Of a stretch of 64,000 nucleotides of DNA, positions 62,945-64,000 are shown one piece after another. Both the position numbers and the translations under genes were made by a program. Every line of letters begins with the position of its first letter. The stretch's first letter is position 1. The notes beneath the pieces are model-generated. The model did no database searches. It was given only the letters and a program-made list of their open reading frames with translations, and had not been told where the DNA came from. Source of the stretch: Eledone cirrhosa (Eukaryota); NCBI GenBank assembly GCA_964016885.1, contig OZ024742.1, forward strand, positions 213,404,001-213,468,000. Direction: 5' to 3'.

Positions 62945-63510
62945 CTAGCAGAAGCACCCGGCGTTTCCCGGGTACAAGTCGACCTTTGCTCTGTTGTTAA
63001 AATGTGTGCAAAAACCTTCGAACCTCTAGGAAAAAGACAGAGGTTAGTAGACGCAGGTGTGTAATTGAGCATAAATAATGGATCAATTGTAGGTTCACAG
63101 TGTATCGTTGAAATTGTTCTTTGCACGACTGACGGAAGTCAAATTCACATGAAATTGAATTTTCAGTTGATTTTTAAAGCAGGGTGAAAAAGTCGAACTT
63201 TTCACAGTTTTTTTTTTTTCTACAATTTTCGCGCTCACATGTGCAGAAGGAGAAATAAAAGGGACTTTATCTGAACTGCGGCATAATGGCGAGTCTTTTG
63301 CGACAGTTTTCAAGAAAATCGGACGTTCCTGTAAAAAGTTTTCCCATGTGCAACTTTGCCTTGTTTTTTGCGCAAAGTCGAACCCCCGCTTCAATTTTTT
63401 ACATGAATGCGAGACCTCTGAAGTAGATTTGAGTATCTAAAAACCTGTCCCGGTAAATTTGCTATATGTGGAAAAAAGTTGATCAAAATTGTGTCTAGGG
63501 TTATGCCCTT
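62945..63510 (-). mobile_element. Non-autonomous Helitron-like element
   Basis: Minus-strand end ACCCGG-gaaacg-CCGGGT, 7 nt, then CTAG|T (62945-62973); right boundary uncertain. Confidence 0.55.
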
Positions 63511-64000
63511 TGCAACAGCCTCAACGTGTCTTCAAGTATGGTTTGTTAATTTGTTGTGGAACTAAATCGACTTTCGTCAAATGGGACCGAAGAAACAATG
63601 TTTCCATTTGTCTTTCTAGCTGGTGTACCCGGTTACACTCGGAGTTATAAGGCGTTGGATTTAAACGGGTCTGCCCTAAATTCCAGCAGGATGCTTTAAC
63701 CGAAATAAATGAAGAACAAACGTTTCTTTTTGTGCTCCAATCTGTGATATTGGTATTTTGAAAAAATAGTCCACAAACATCCATGGAGCATGTGTAACGC
63801 ATGTATCAGGTTATGAGAAAAAGGGATTTCGATTCTCCATTCATAAGATACCAACAAATTGCACGCCCAATTCATAGCTGAAAGGTAAGAATCAAGTGGA
63901 ATAGTGTTTTGCGACATTGTTAAATGTACAACCGTACAAAAGCAAAGGATGTGGCCATTGAAATTTAGGTAGACCAAAGAATTTGGTGGGGTTGTATATC

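Overview
Gene-poor, repeat-saturated animal (eukaryotic) DNA; the SINE families resemble those of octopod cephalopods (inference). No host protein-coding gene, rRNA, tRNA or CRISPR array is supported; most listed ORFs are microsatellite or antisense artefacts. The window is a collection of microsatellite-associated retroelements. It holds an RTE-like LINE fragment; a tandem array of four Tx1/L1-clade LINEs separated by (TATC)n; a related full-length Tx1 in (ATT)n, head-to-head with an R4/Dong-like fragment; CRE-like remnants; and five Penelope-like elements (PLEs), including a near-intact 6-kb insertion with an inverted arm. There are also many tRNA-derived SINEs, piggyBac- and Tc1/mariner-like MITEs, and Helitron-like ends. 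Two patterns stand out. First, about a dozen unrelated hairpin-shaped inserts, mostly in (TA)n, of which many have one short arm and one arm with a tail. Second, about 12 type-I hammerhead ribozyme motifs in these inserts, including three with an unusual CCGANGA core, a stem II extended to about 60-90 nt and a 6-nt loop III. Coordinates were read by eye, and element boundaries are approximate.
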